Shown here: one piece after another, positions 23,775 to 36,066 of the stretch
How positions within the stretch are numbered: position 1 is the stretch's first letter
Layout of the letters: every line of letters begins with the position of its first letter
From: Lepidodermella squamata
Taxonomy: Eukaryota > Animalia > Gastrotricha
Reading direction: 5' to 3'
Assembly: GCA_047495785.1 (NCBI GenBank)
Contig: JBLDXI010000055.1
Span: 1,054,001-1,118,000, forward strand
Length of the DNA stretch: 64,000 nt
Program-made: the position numbers and the translations under genes
The notes under the pieces: model-generated
The model's input: the letters and a program-made list of their open reading frames with translations, nothing else
The model's database searches: none
What the model was told of the DNA's origin: nothing

Positions 23775-24984
23775 TTAAAACGGTTTAAATTTTCTCTGCT
23801 GGCGCAGCAAAGCAATACGTTGCTTATCTTCCTCGAATCGTTTGCGCAGCTCGGCGATTTCTGTATAAAAGAAAATTAAATGAACGCACTGATCAACGTT
23901 ATCACACCTGGTTGATTGGCATCATAATTGAATATTTTGTTCGCGCGCGTGGCAGGCAGCGGCTAAGTGTGAGTGGTAAAATTCAACGCCAAAACTTACT
24001 TTCTCGCCGTGACTCTCGCAGTTGGAATCGATAAAAGTGAACTAGCTCCTGCTCTTCTTTTCGCTTCTTCTCCTTCCGGTGTTGATGCTGTTGTTCAGCT
24101 TCCGTAAATTTCGCTCCACGCTTTTTCGACACTTTAACCCAACCCTCATCGTCCTCCAGTTCTTCTTTTTTAAGCTGGATTTCTTCCTCTTTCTTTCGTT
24201 TATCATAGCTAGCCATATACGCCTCGATTTCTTGTTCCAAGGCCGATAAATCGAGATCAACAGTCGATTGTCGGTATTCACTGCACCATTTCTCGACGCC
24301 TGTTTTGAATTCCGTTTTCTCTCCCTTGAAAACAAGTGGCGAGTCATGAGGCAACTTTAAAGCATTCTCAACGCCGGAGGGTGAACGAAACACCACATAA
24401 GCGACTTTGAAAGCCTAGTGGGTGAAAAAACAACAGCATTGGGCATGAAAATTCGTTCACGTCATATCTTAATCTTATCTTACATGTTGACAGCTGTCTA
24501 AACTCGGGAAAAAATGTGTGTGATCTTCACAATTTTGACCTTCATCAATTTCGGGTTTTAGATGAAGGAACACCCGGAACACCGGACCGCAATTTGCAGC
24601 CTCGAATATCTCCTTCACCGCATCCTGTTAAAATTAGCGTTTAAAAAATGAAAATGACACAAATTTTCGTTAAAAGCTCACCTCATTCATATAAGGCGGT
24701 ACGTTACAAACAAAGAGTGTTCTCTTCTGTGGCTTTGAAGAATGGTGTTTTTTGACGACGTGCTCTTTCAGATAGAGGCAATGATGTCCGGTTTCATTCG
24801 ACTCGTTACCAGCAACAGAGAGCCGCACAACTAAGAGGTAAAAAGGCAAAAAATTGTCCATCAAAGTAAACAAGCGGCAGATAAAAAATCGAACCACATC
24901 GATTTCTCAAAAGCAGAACTCAGGAGCTTAAAATATAACATACGTACCTGTAAAACCGTTGATTTTCAATGCGTCATTCAACAT
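23775..24984 (-). CDS. RRP7A: Ribosomal RNA-processing protein 7 homolog A
   Basis: LYLKEH...RTLFVCNVPPY, FKVAYVVF, DDEGWVKV, FYRFQLRESR, and C-terminal KFKPF*. Confidence 0.92.
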
Positions 24985-25259
24985 TTTCTTTAATAAAACT
25001 ATAGTTGAGTAAATAAATGCAGTTATAGTATAATGTACTCAGAGAATCAAAACAATATATGTAGATGAGTAATTGGCAAAACAATGGCACCGGGTGAGTG
25101 GCAATATTTAGCAAATGGAGCAAAGGTAATAAAATCTGTTTAATAAGAGAAGCGCTGAAAATTGAGCAAATTATCTGCTTCCTACGCATGAAGAGTTTGA
25201 AATACGAGAATCAATCAATGAGGAGTCATACGAAAAATCTCAATTTTTGCGGGAACGGG

Positions 25260-27098
25260 TCACCAGAATGTACCCCAGCTAGGTGTTCCACTCTTTTCAG
25301 GCTCTTTCGGCACCGTGTTAGCGAAAGAACCGCTGAAGTCCAAGAAAGAAGGCACGCTGCTAGGAGATACAGGAGCTGCCGGTACGGGAGAGGTGAAAGA
25401 AAAGTCGAAACTTGATGCAGGAAAAACTACTGGCACTTGAGTGTTAAATGCAGCTGCCTCAGCATTGATCGAGGTAAGCATCTGTTCTGCACGGGTTTCC
25501 AGCTGCGCGTCAATAAAAAGCATAATAAAATTAAGAGAGAGAATCCACTGCGCGAAGTGACAACTAGTTAGAGCAAGGAAAGAACGCCCGCGCTATGCAC
25601 AAAAAATTCACACATCAAATTACCTCCACACGTGTTGCCGCTTGTACGGCACCAGCGTTGACACAATTCGTGCCAGTGGTGACACCAAGGGTGATTGCAG
25701 AGGGTTCATCAGGTGTCGCACTATCGCGCTGGCGTTTATTAACTGAAGCTGGGCTAATGTGAAGCAACGGAGGACCTGGACGAGGCACGGCTTGCGGCTT
25801 TTTGAAAATTCCATCGTCACTATTAGCAGGAACCGGTTTCTTAGGCGTGATGGCAGGACGTGTGGGTTCCGAAGTAACAGGCGCCGGCGCGTTGACAGTC
25901 TTCCTCTCAGCTACTTTATCCGGTGATATTTTCGTCAGAGAGATACTCGGTATTGACGAGAATGACAGGCGGTTAGTGATAGGTTTAGTAGGCGTTGGTT
26001 TCAATTGAGCGATTTTCAGAGGTGAGGAAGCGACGGGTGGTGTTTCTAAAATCTTGGACCCACTCTCGGAACTGACAGCGTCCTTTTCAGCAGTCGCGCG
26101 GTGTTGTTCAGGAAGCGTTGGCGTAGCCACAGGAGTCGAATTATCGCTGGCGGAAGGATTCATTCGAATAGAGTCCGGTGAAATAATCTGCTCATTAGCT
26201 GACTTTTTCCGCGGCTCAGATTTCTTCGTCAAGATTTTCCGATAGCATTCAGCCCTAATTTGCACAAAATTAAATCAATTAGCTCAGAAAATCATTCAAA
26301 AGCCACGTACATCAAGAGGTAAATTTGGCGAGGTTCATTCGTTAGGAACATGTTAGCGTCTGAAGAATAAAATAAAGAAATCCAACGTAAAATGTATGAA
26401 CAAAATAACACAAACTTGGGGATTTGATGTGTTTCAGCATTTCCAGAACAGACAGTTGAAGAGCCAAAATTGCGTTGGCCTTCTCCTCCTCTCGCTTCAG
26501 GTCGTCCACAGGTTTGGAATGCTGATGTAGCATGGCGCCTTTTTCGTTTTGCGACCAATATTCATCAACTCTAGCCTGCTTCACAACCAGCTGTTCGCGA
26601 GCAGTTTTTATCTTATCGCTTAATTTACCAATATTGAATATCTGATAAGGCCAATAAGCCAGAAAATGAACTTACCTGAATTCATGACGTTTACCAACAG
26701 CTCGCTTCAAATCAGAATTTAACGAGTGTTTACATCGCGATAACAGCTCAAAACTTCGCCTTTCCCTTGATGATTAATATTTCATAGATAAAACATTTAT
26801 TCAATACTGAATATATTTTAAAGTCACACCCGTGCAAAATTGTCTCCAAGGACTCCACCTCACGCCTCAAACGGTCGTTCTCGCTCGATATTCGAGCTCC
26901 GTCAGCGCTTAGGCGTTCAGTTTCCTTTAAAACAGCCGCTCGTTTCTGCGCCACCTCTGTTTAAGAAAATCAACTCATCGTTGCCAACAAACATGAACAC
27001 AATTGGTTACCAGCCAGAAATTGTTCTTCGCGTTTCAAATCAGCGTGAGCCTCGCTGATTTTTACACTGATGCATGTCAACTGAGAAACCTCCACCAT
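25260..27098 (-). CDS. Uncharacterised protein: N-terminal coiled coil, S/T/P-rich middle, Phe-rich C-terminus; multi-exon
   Basis: Consecutive ORF pieces separated by ~55-nt GT-AG introns; heptad segments (ENDRLRREVESLE); many TP/SP sites; ends ...SWGTFW*. Confidence 0.6.
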
Positions 27099-27435
27099 TT
27101 CGAACAAGTTATAACACCTAATAAAGCAAAAACGCTTCATGATTGACAGTTTTTGTTTGTATTCAATTTCACACTTTCAAGCGAGGTATATAGACAAAAA
27201 TTATGGCATAACTATAAGCGCTACAGGCGCTGCAAACATATGCAACACGATACCGGCAAAAGTGCACAGATTATAAATATGCGAATTCCAAGCCAAGCGA
27301 CGATACAATCAACAATAATTAATTCGATTTTATTCATCGACTTATTTAAATGAGTGCTTTCACGACCGATGAAAGCGATCAATTCTTCAGAAAGTTTAAT
27401 ATAAAACATCACAGATTCGCCAGGGTTGTGTTCCT

Positions 27436-29075
27436 CTAAGATTGATAGTAATTCTTCGGATTGATGGCTTGCTTTGAACAGTAGAACATGGCTTCCAGAA
27501 GCCGAGTGAAACCAGTATCTTTAGGTCGTTCTAAGCCTCGCATTAAGCGACGTTTCATTACGCCGATGAACTCTCGAGGCGACAAGCTCCCGTCGTTGTT
27601 TTCGTCAAAAATGGCAAACATGACGTCCAGAACTCGGTCGGAAAGAGGGAACCCGACAATCACTCGAGCAACACGTGCGAGAGTATCGCGGTCAACTCTT
27701 GAGCCCGAAACGCTGTGAAGCTGAAGAGCGGCATCGACGTCCATAATCAAATGTAAAAATTTGCAGAAATTATGATATTCGTCCCATGAGATTCCGGTTG
27801 GTCCTTCCGAAGCTTTTGAAACTTTTTTAGCAACGGTTGCAAGAGGCAAATCTGAATCCGATGACTCGTCGACTTTTTTAGCAGAAAATTGCCTACGCAC
27901 TCGCTTCATAACGAGCCGCTTCTTCTTATCCGAAAATCCAGCAAACGCAATAGCCCAGTCAGCAAAATCTATCTCTGAAATACGCCCATTAACAGGCTCA
28001 TATCTCTCGAATTCCATGCGCTGGATATCATTATGAAACGCCTTTCTGAATTGCAGAAACGTTTCGTGCGTTAGTTTTCCCTTCAGGTCTTTGCCGAAGA
28101 AGTATGATGATAGCGCACTGCTAACTGGTGAACGGATAACATTCCCTGTCGATGTATGATCGCGGTGTCGCAATCCTACTGGAGTTTGAGATCTCAAAAC
28201 CATTTGTACCCGTTCAAATTCTTCCACATCGACGGAGCCATCGCCGTTCAAATCAAACATCCGAAATGCTATCTCAAAATAACGCCACGGTGTGCAGAGA
28301 AGCGTCAGTAAAAACATGTAATCCGAGAATGAAATGAGCCCATTTTCGCCGATTTTGTAGAATATCGAATCGGTGGGAACAGATAGCTCCAGTGACTCCT
28401 TTTCTGGATCGAACTTTTTAAACTGATCCAAACCCAAGGTTTCAGGTTGCTTCTGGCCAGGTGTAATCGAGCGCAAGAAGTCATCAGGGGTCATGTAAAT
28501 CTCGTAATCATTGTCAGCTGAATTAAATACCTATAAAATAAAGTCATATATCATCAATTCTCGGTGTTATTCAAGTTAACCTTCAAGGTCGCAAAATATC
28601 GAAATACTTTGTCTGGAGTGCTGTAAATGCGGATCCGATTTTCATATTCAATGATTTTACGATCCCTAAATCCGACTCTTGCTTTGGTATGTTCGTCTTT
28701 CTCCTCGTGCTCTTGTTGATCCGTTTCAGAGGCGGACTGCTTGTTGCGCTTTTTTTTATCGTCGTCCAACTCTGTCATAGCAGCGCTTGGTCCCTCGTCG
28801 AGTATTGCAGGAAGCACGAATGCCGCCATGACAAGCAGTGTTGCGGCAAAGATTGTGCGAAGAATTTGGGAAATTCTCTGCTCTTCCGGGCGATCAAATC
28901 CGACATAAACTGTAGGTCTTCGCTTATGTCTATTTCGTTCATGAGTCGTCGAGGTCGGTGCGACTGGCAAAAGGGGACGATGAGAAGTAAGGGAGGAGAT
29001 CGACGACAACTGAAGTTTTGAAGTGAAATATGGACGAATGCTCACAAATGGTAATAATCTTCGAATAGCGCGCAT
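27436..29075 (-). CDS. MICU1: Mitochondrial calcium uptake protein 1 (EF-hand)
   Basis: [47 protein letters not shown] hands DLNGDGSVD and DENNDGSLS, and [11 protein letters not shown]. Confidence 0.96.
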
Positions 29076-30867
29076 CTAAAAATATTAGAAAGGAAAATTT
29101 GCGGCATATTAACTTACACTGACCGTTGAGTTAGAAGCAGTACGAACATGTAAATCGACATATGATTTAGGAAACTTTGCAATCAAAAAGACATGCATGG
29201 GCAAGAAAATTTCACATTTCATAAATTAATTATCGATTCTGACCTCTCATCCGTAACGTGACCGTTTGGTGTTCTTATTCCTTACTCTATGTCATACTTT
29301 GAAGAATTTAAAGTGCACTGTGGTCGCCATTTTCAGTAATGTATATGGGCGCGTTGACCACAAGGAGAATTAGCGCTGGAATCCAAATCTGAATTAATCG
29401 CCTAGAACGAAAGATTTCCCGGATTCTTTACCCTAGTGAAAGTAAAGTTCTCGGCCCAAATTGTGGGTTTTTAGATTATACCTGCTGAATGCTAAAATAT
29501 CCTCGATGGCAGCGCAAGATAAAGCTCTTCTCACCTTCTCATCTAACCTTCTGCACATCAGAATAGGTTTCTAGAATCTCTTCTCAAAGATCTTAAATCC
29601 TGCTACAGATTTTCAGATTTGGCATTCTTCATGAGGATTGCAGATTGCAGATCCGCAAAAAAATGCACAGAAGAACACTCGCCGGAATAGCGAGGACAAG
29701 GCCGATCCTTGGAATAAGCTTGCGTCGGGCAAATTGCTAGTCAACAACAGTGAAACTAATAAGTCAAAGTTGTGCGTAGCAACGAAGACGAAGCTCGAGG
29801 AATAAAAGGAACTTGGCAGCCCGCTCCCTCTGAGATTCCAAATTCCAAATGAAGGCGGTTCTATCAACGCAATTGAAAACGGCCACTAGTAGCGCTCCAA
29901 ATTATCAATACAGCAAAGCCAATAACTACAGCGTTAATGGGATCTTCGACCCCAACTTCCCCAGCTCATCACCCTGGCCCCTTGCCCATCCTTGAAGAAA
30001 AAATAATGCAATGAAGACGACATTACATGGTAGTTAACGGCAAGTGGTCAACGGAAACTTCGAGTCGGTCATATCTGGAAGTCATATCTGCAGTAGTACG
30101 AAATGCTAACATGGTGCTATTGGCCCAAACAGGTCCCACAGGGTCCCAAAAAAGAAAACGTATCACGATGAGAAACAACAACAACGCGTGATTGCGCCCA
30201 TACTTGGGCCTTTTCGACCACCGGAAATCGCATGCGGAAAAATCTAGAATGTAGGATGATGTTCACGAAAAAGCGTGCTGAATGGCAAAACAAAAATTAA
30301 ATTAATTATATACGTGAAAAACAAGCGCTTATTGCGCGGGAAAATTGTGACTGTCCCGACAAACCGGGCCGCATGCGCGCCGGTGTGTGCGATTTGCACA
30401 TCTTCGAAGCTCTTAAAAATTGACCGATTTTTTAGTTGTAATTTTCTCCAACGCCCAGATTTCATTTTTGGTCGCGCGGATCGACAGGGTCAGCTGCTCT
30501 GTCCTATATGAGATATTAACGATAGGAGTTTGAAACCACAAAATCTGTCAGTATCATAAAATCAGAGTGTCGCGTTTCGCCTTTCAGATCGATTACTCGA
30601 TGTCCGAATGAGCTCCGAATTTGAATTTGAACAACTTTCCGCGCTTTTAAAGTTATTTCAGGGCTTCGCATACATTTTAAGCAGAAAAAACTGGCGAAAT
30701 TTAGGCAGAAAACATTTTTCCATATCTTTCAGTCGATGCCGGATTCCATCATCCATCTACTTACCTTCTACCTTATAAGTACTGTTTTCGGTGATCCTGA
30801 GAACCAAGTGTAAAACCTTTCTCGAAGCTATAACTAATTATTTTCATTTTATAGGCTATTTTTTTAA

Positions 30868-31949
30868 ATGCCTCGGCGTCCAGAATGCTACCCATCTCCT
30901 CAGCAACTAATGTATTCATCTTGTGCTGGGGCGCTGCTGACGTCTTTTGCGGTGACACCTCTTGACGTGGTCAAAATCCGGCTACAGGCTCAAGCCAAAC
31001 CGACGCATTTCTCCAAAGGCCACCATTTCTTTTATTGTAACGGTCTGATGGATCACTTATGTGTCTGTTTAAATGGCAAAAAGAATGTACCGTGGTACCG
31101 GAAGCCTGGGCATTTCTCCGGCACTATCGACGCATTTGCGAAAATAATTCGCAACGAGGGAGTTCTATCATTATGGAGTGGATTATCACCAACTTTGGTG
31201 ATGGCGATTCCAGCTACAGCGATTTATTTCACAACATACGATAATCTAAAATATATGTTGGGCTATCAAGAAAGGAATCCGTCTTCTGTTTATCGAGCAT
31301 CAATTGCCGCATGTTTCGCTCGAGGTTTTGCTGCGACTGTCATCAGCCCCTTGGAACTCTTTCGAACCCGCTTGCAGGCTCAGCAAATGAGGTTCGAATC
31401 GTGCCTTTCAGTATCAAAACTGTTATAATTTATTGTTGATTTAGCTACGGTGCTCTGTGCACATCGGTCGCGGGTACAGTTCGAAGTGAAGGTATTTCGT
31501 CACTATGGCGAGGTTTGGGTCCAACTCTGCTTCGAGATGTACCTTTTTCGGCCATTTATTGGTTCGTTTACGAGTCACTCAAATCGCGATATCTCCTCCC
31601 AGCAGTCTCGAATCTTTCATCGCAGAATTATGGCGACAGCGTCCTGCCGTTCTGGCTCTCGTTCGGCTGCGGAGCTACAGCTGGCGCAGTCGCTGGTGTG
31701 GTGACGCTTCCTTTCGACGTCATCAAAACTCACCGTCAAATTGAAGTAACAAGTGGTTCCCTCGTAAACCGTCAATCGACCTTCCGTTCTTTGATAACTT
31801 TATATAAATCGAATGGGGTTTCCAGCCTCTTTGCCGGTTTAGTCCCCAGACTGGTGAAAATTGTTCCTGCGTGTGCTATAATGATTTCTAGCTTTGAGTT
31901 GGGCAAAAGTTATTTTCAGGCCCGTAACAAACGGAACGGTCTGTGTTGA
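30868..31949 (+). CDS. SLC25A40: Mitochondrial carrier SLC25A39/40 (glutathione import type); intron 31392-31444
   Basis: [14 protein letters not shown], Cys-containing loop [38 protein letters not shown] and [11 protein letters not shown]. Confidence 0.92.
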
Positions 31950-32305
31950 TAGTCAACTGAAAACATATATTTGTTTTTCATCAATTGCCTTTCGCTCAAA
32001 TTTGTTAGTTTCTTCCTGATTTTTACTTCGCCGATATGTATCATCGATACCAGTGATTGCTTATTGATAAAAAGAGAATTATACTTTTCCTGCTTTTGTT
32101 TTTGATGGTGTTTCGTTAAGGTGTTGATAAAAGATGCAAGCCTGGCTTATTTTTCACCGTGAAACCAGTCAGAAAACAATTCGAGACATATTTATTTTGT
32201 TGCTCAAGAGAAAAATAAATTTGACTGAAAGGCTTCTAAAATAATTTCTCTTGCGTCATCGAGGCCGCTGTTGAAAAATAGCATGGAAAATCAAACAGTT
32301 GGTGG

Positions 32306-33839
32306 TTAAACATCGGTCTGATATTGGTTCGATTGTTCGTCAAGCAATTTAGCTGTGTGGCTACTCTTCTGCTTCGACCGTTCATTACTTAATTCACTTG
32401 CAATTTTGCGTATCGAATCAGTAGCAGCCAACAGTTGTTGCCTAAGATCGATGACTTGGCTCTCGAGTTTCATTATTTGCAGCTGATTTTGACGCCGAAG
32501 TTCCTTCATTTCATTTTCCAAGCATTTACATTTTTCTGACACGGCAGCGAGCTCAGTCGCGAGATGCAGCTCGTTCTTTGAGCTGGGCATTGCGCTGACT
32601 TCTTTAGAGGCCAGGACTGGCTCGATAAAAACACCTATCAGCAATTAATTATTCACACGGAAATCAACGGATAAGGTCATACCCTTGAACGGCGTCTCTC
32701 TCTCGAAATGACTTGCGTACTCCGGTTTTATAGCCTCGGGTTTTGAGCCACGTCTTGCAGGCATCTCAGAGCTTTCTGGGTTAGCTGGTTGTACAGCAGC
32801 TCCTATAAGATAAACCGAAAAAATTGTCAAACATAGTTATTGCAGATTAAGGCAAACCTCTTTTCAATATGACTGTGCTGTTTCTTTTCTCAGCTTCATG
32901 CAGTAAAAATGGCGGTTTCCAATTAACTGATTTCACAGGGTCCTGCTTTGAAGGCGGAATCGTAAATTGACCGTTAGCATCAATCGCCGGTTTCGATTCC
33001 CCAATCGGAATGCTTGGCAATGTTGCTTGTTGTCCCAGCTTGTCGGTGGTTGAACTATTTTGATCTCGCAAGAGAGACTGATTATCAGAGGTGACGATTG
33101 GGGATACTGGAAGATCTAGCATCGCCGAATCTACGTAACGAGCTTGACGTTTTTCCTGCACGGGTCGAATGATGGCGGCGGGATTTGTAGACTCAAATGT
33201 CTCAACAAGGGAACCTTCAGAAAAATGGCTTTGCTCGACTTCGTTACGATGAGTGGACGGAGCCGCCATATGATTTGGTTGTTTACGATAAGGCTTCGGC
33301 CGAGTTTTTGTGGGATGGGCAAGTATGGGGAGTGAAGATGCTTCAACAGCTATATTCTCAGGAGAAGCTTTGTTTTTCGTTCGGCTGCTGCTAGTTCCAC
33401 CCGGTCGGGAACCTTCTAATTTCGAATTAATAAACATTTCCAAATGAATTAAAGTTAGGTAGCTACCTTCTGATAGCTGGTTATTGTTTTTAGCGATTTG
33501 CGGCATCGCCAGACTTCTAAATTCTGCCTTTGTAGGCAGGGAATTCATCAAAGAACCGTCAAGGAGTGCTTTTGGTGGCTTGGGTTTCGGTGCTACTGGT
33601 GGTGGCTTCGGCTTTGAAACAGGTGGGTTTTCCCTGCCCGCAACTTGTGAGGAGTTTTGCGGCTCAGTGTTCAACGAATCAACAGATGTGTTTCTCGCTC
33701 CAGCGAATCGCATTTTGAACTCGCTATCGAACAGCTTGCCAAAGCCTACTCCTAAAATCGGCTTTGGCTTTCGGGGTGGCTCGACGGCATCAAAGCTGTC
33801 ACTCCGTAGCCGATGAGGTTGATCGTCTGCTATAATCAT
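32306..33839 (-). CDS. CD2AP/CIN85-like scaffold (Pro-rich, CPI motif, C-terminal coiled coil); no SH3 domain visible
   Basis: GVGFGKLF motif, PxxPxK tracts, capping-protein-interaction motif LAHPTKTRPK, and a C-terminal coiled coil; short introns link the ORF pieces. Confidence 0.6.
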
Positions 33840-36066
33840 CGTTATTTTAACAGCGGCGCGGGTCTTGCTGATATATCATATAATTTTGCAAGTCTTACAG
33901 CTTCAAACGATTAAGAGCTTTCGTTATTTTACATACAAAATGTGATTAATCAGAGTGTGATGTGTTTGCTGATAAAAAACCATTTTATCGCAGTCATAAA
34001 TTGTTGCCGACGCAGCGTACTCTCCTTCCACTACTACTATTATTTATTTATGCATGATGTATGATGTTGGAAGAATTAGTCGTCCTGTATAGGTAATGCC
34101 CAATATTTTCTCTCGCGTCTATAGCACACTCGATATATCCGCCGGGCCAAGTCCATCTTGTCGGCATTAAATATTTTCGCTTTGCCGGAAGTAATAATTC
34201 ATGCACGTCACGACATCGTATCATGTAAATTCTATAATGATGGCACTTCGTTCAGACGTGTATGGCACTCTTCTGCCCCTCCCTAAACAAAACCTTTGTT
34301 GTTTCTGCGGGTGTGTCAAAACAAGAGGCTTTTGCTATTTTGTCAATAAAGGTACATACGCGCATTTATTCTCCACATCAACATCTTCTTTCAAGAAAGT
34401 AATATTGAATAAGTGACATTTCCACACAAGCAACTCTCAGTTACACAATATGTTTATTCCGGGAATCAGCCGATTATCGATAATTAATAATAGGATTATC
34501 GGCTATTCGGGCAAAAATTATCATTTTTGTCGTAATATTATAATCTCTCAAATTACTCGTTAACCGTTGTTATTTTGGATTCGAATCCCGGGGATATCTA
34601 TGATTTTGAGATTAATTGTTATAGAAAAACAAGATTTTTAATTTCAAATAATGCTGGAAAGTATCTTGAGTTGAGATTTTTGGTATCATGAGGCCTAATG
34701 AGTGGGAAATACTATTGAGCTTGTGTGGATTCAAACGAATCAAACAGCAGAGGTATCACAAAAATGTAGGTGTTCACATTACCCATTGTAAGCGTATGTT
34801 TTCTGGCAGGCTAATTCGTACAATATCCCGGACAAATATAGTACAAGAAAAGTTATTACATGGACTTTCAAAAATAACGCTGAACAAGTACATTCATTCC
34901 TCCCACTCATAATATCAAATTGACCAATTTAAAGATCCTGCCTAATAAGTGGCAGCATCCTTGGCTACGAGAGCAATTAAAATCTATATTGGAATGTGTT
35001 AATACAAATAACAAATATACCCAAGGCACCGGGGATCATGCAGGAGTGAAGAAAAGTTAGGCATAATATTGATTTTCTAGAACCAGGAATTGCACTATAA
35101 AAGAAATATATGATTCGATAAGAATATAATCATTTCTCACATCTGCACATGTACAATCAGTGGTTATATTCATTGCTTTGCAATAACAATAGAAATTCTG
35201 ATTGGCCAATTTAACCGCATTAATCTCTGACATACGAAAAAAAACAATAAAAAGATCACATTGAAATGGAACAAGCACAACTGCTTTACGACCGGTAATT
35301 TACCATCACAATAAACATGAAAGTAACATTATATGACTCAATTTGACTCAATCTTCGTCAGGTTTCGAGGTAACCAGACATATTACACACAAAAAACAAT
35401 CATTCACAGTATTAAATAATATGATATCAAGTTCACAAATTACTGAATTGTGAGGCGGAAGGGTCAGGAGGAAGCAGAAGAAACAAGACTTCAGAAGCCC
35501 ACTGAAGGGAACACATCTGGAGACCACGGTAGTCGAGCGAAGGCAACTAGCAACAATCACTTTTCACGTAATAAGGGCGGTAATTACAATGATTCGAATA
35601 ATAGTGGAAGTAATAACGTTAATAGTAGTAATCGAATTGATAATAATGTGGCGAGATGTTAAGACGTTGGTACAAGCCTCAAGGCGACAATTCGTGCAAA
35701 AGTATGAATGTGAGAGCGTTAGAGAGACCATCTGAATACCTTAAATTGTTATATAATGATCGCTGTCGGTGGCAATGTCCATAGAAAGTGTCTGCGAGTC
35801 TCATATTTTTGTGCAAATCATCCGAACACAAACAAATTCTGGCGCTGTGATTGATCACTTACGCTCGAGGCAAAACAAAGGTATTGCATCACTTGCGTTT
35901 CACACAAAACGCAATAGTGGTCATTTCAAATTTTAGAATAATATGTATGATCATTCACATGATTGGAGAATTTATAATTCGTCATGATAATATATATATT
36001 TATATATGTATAGATATATTTTAATATTATACCAAGCAACAAGTTCATTTTAGTCCATATTCATTT

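Noticed and set aside
29500-30010. Coding-like + strand stretch between MICU1 and SLC25A40
   Set aside because: Several stops and no recognisable motif; possibly decayed transposon, but I cannot support a call.
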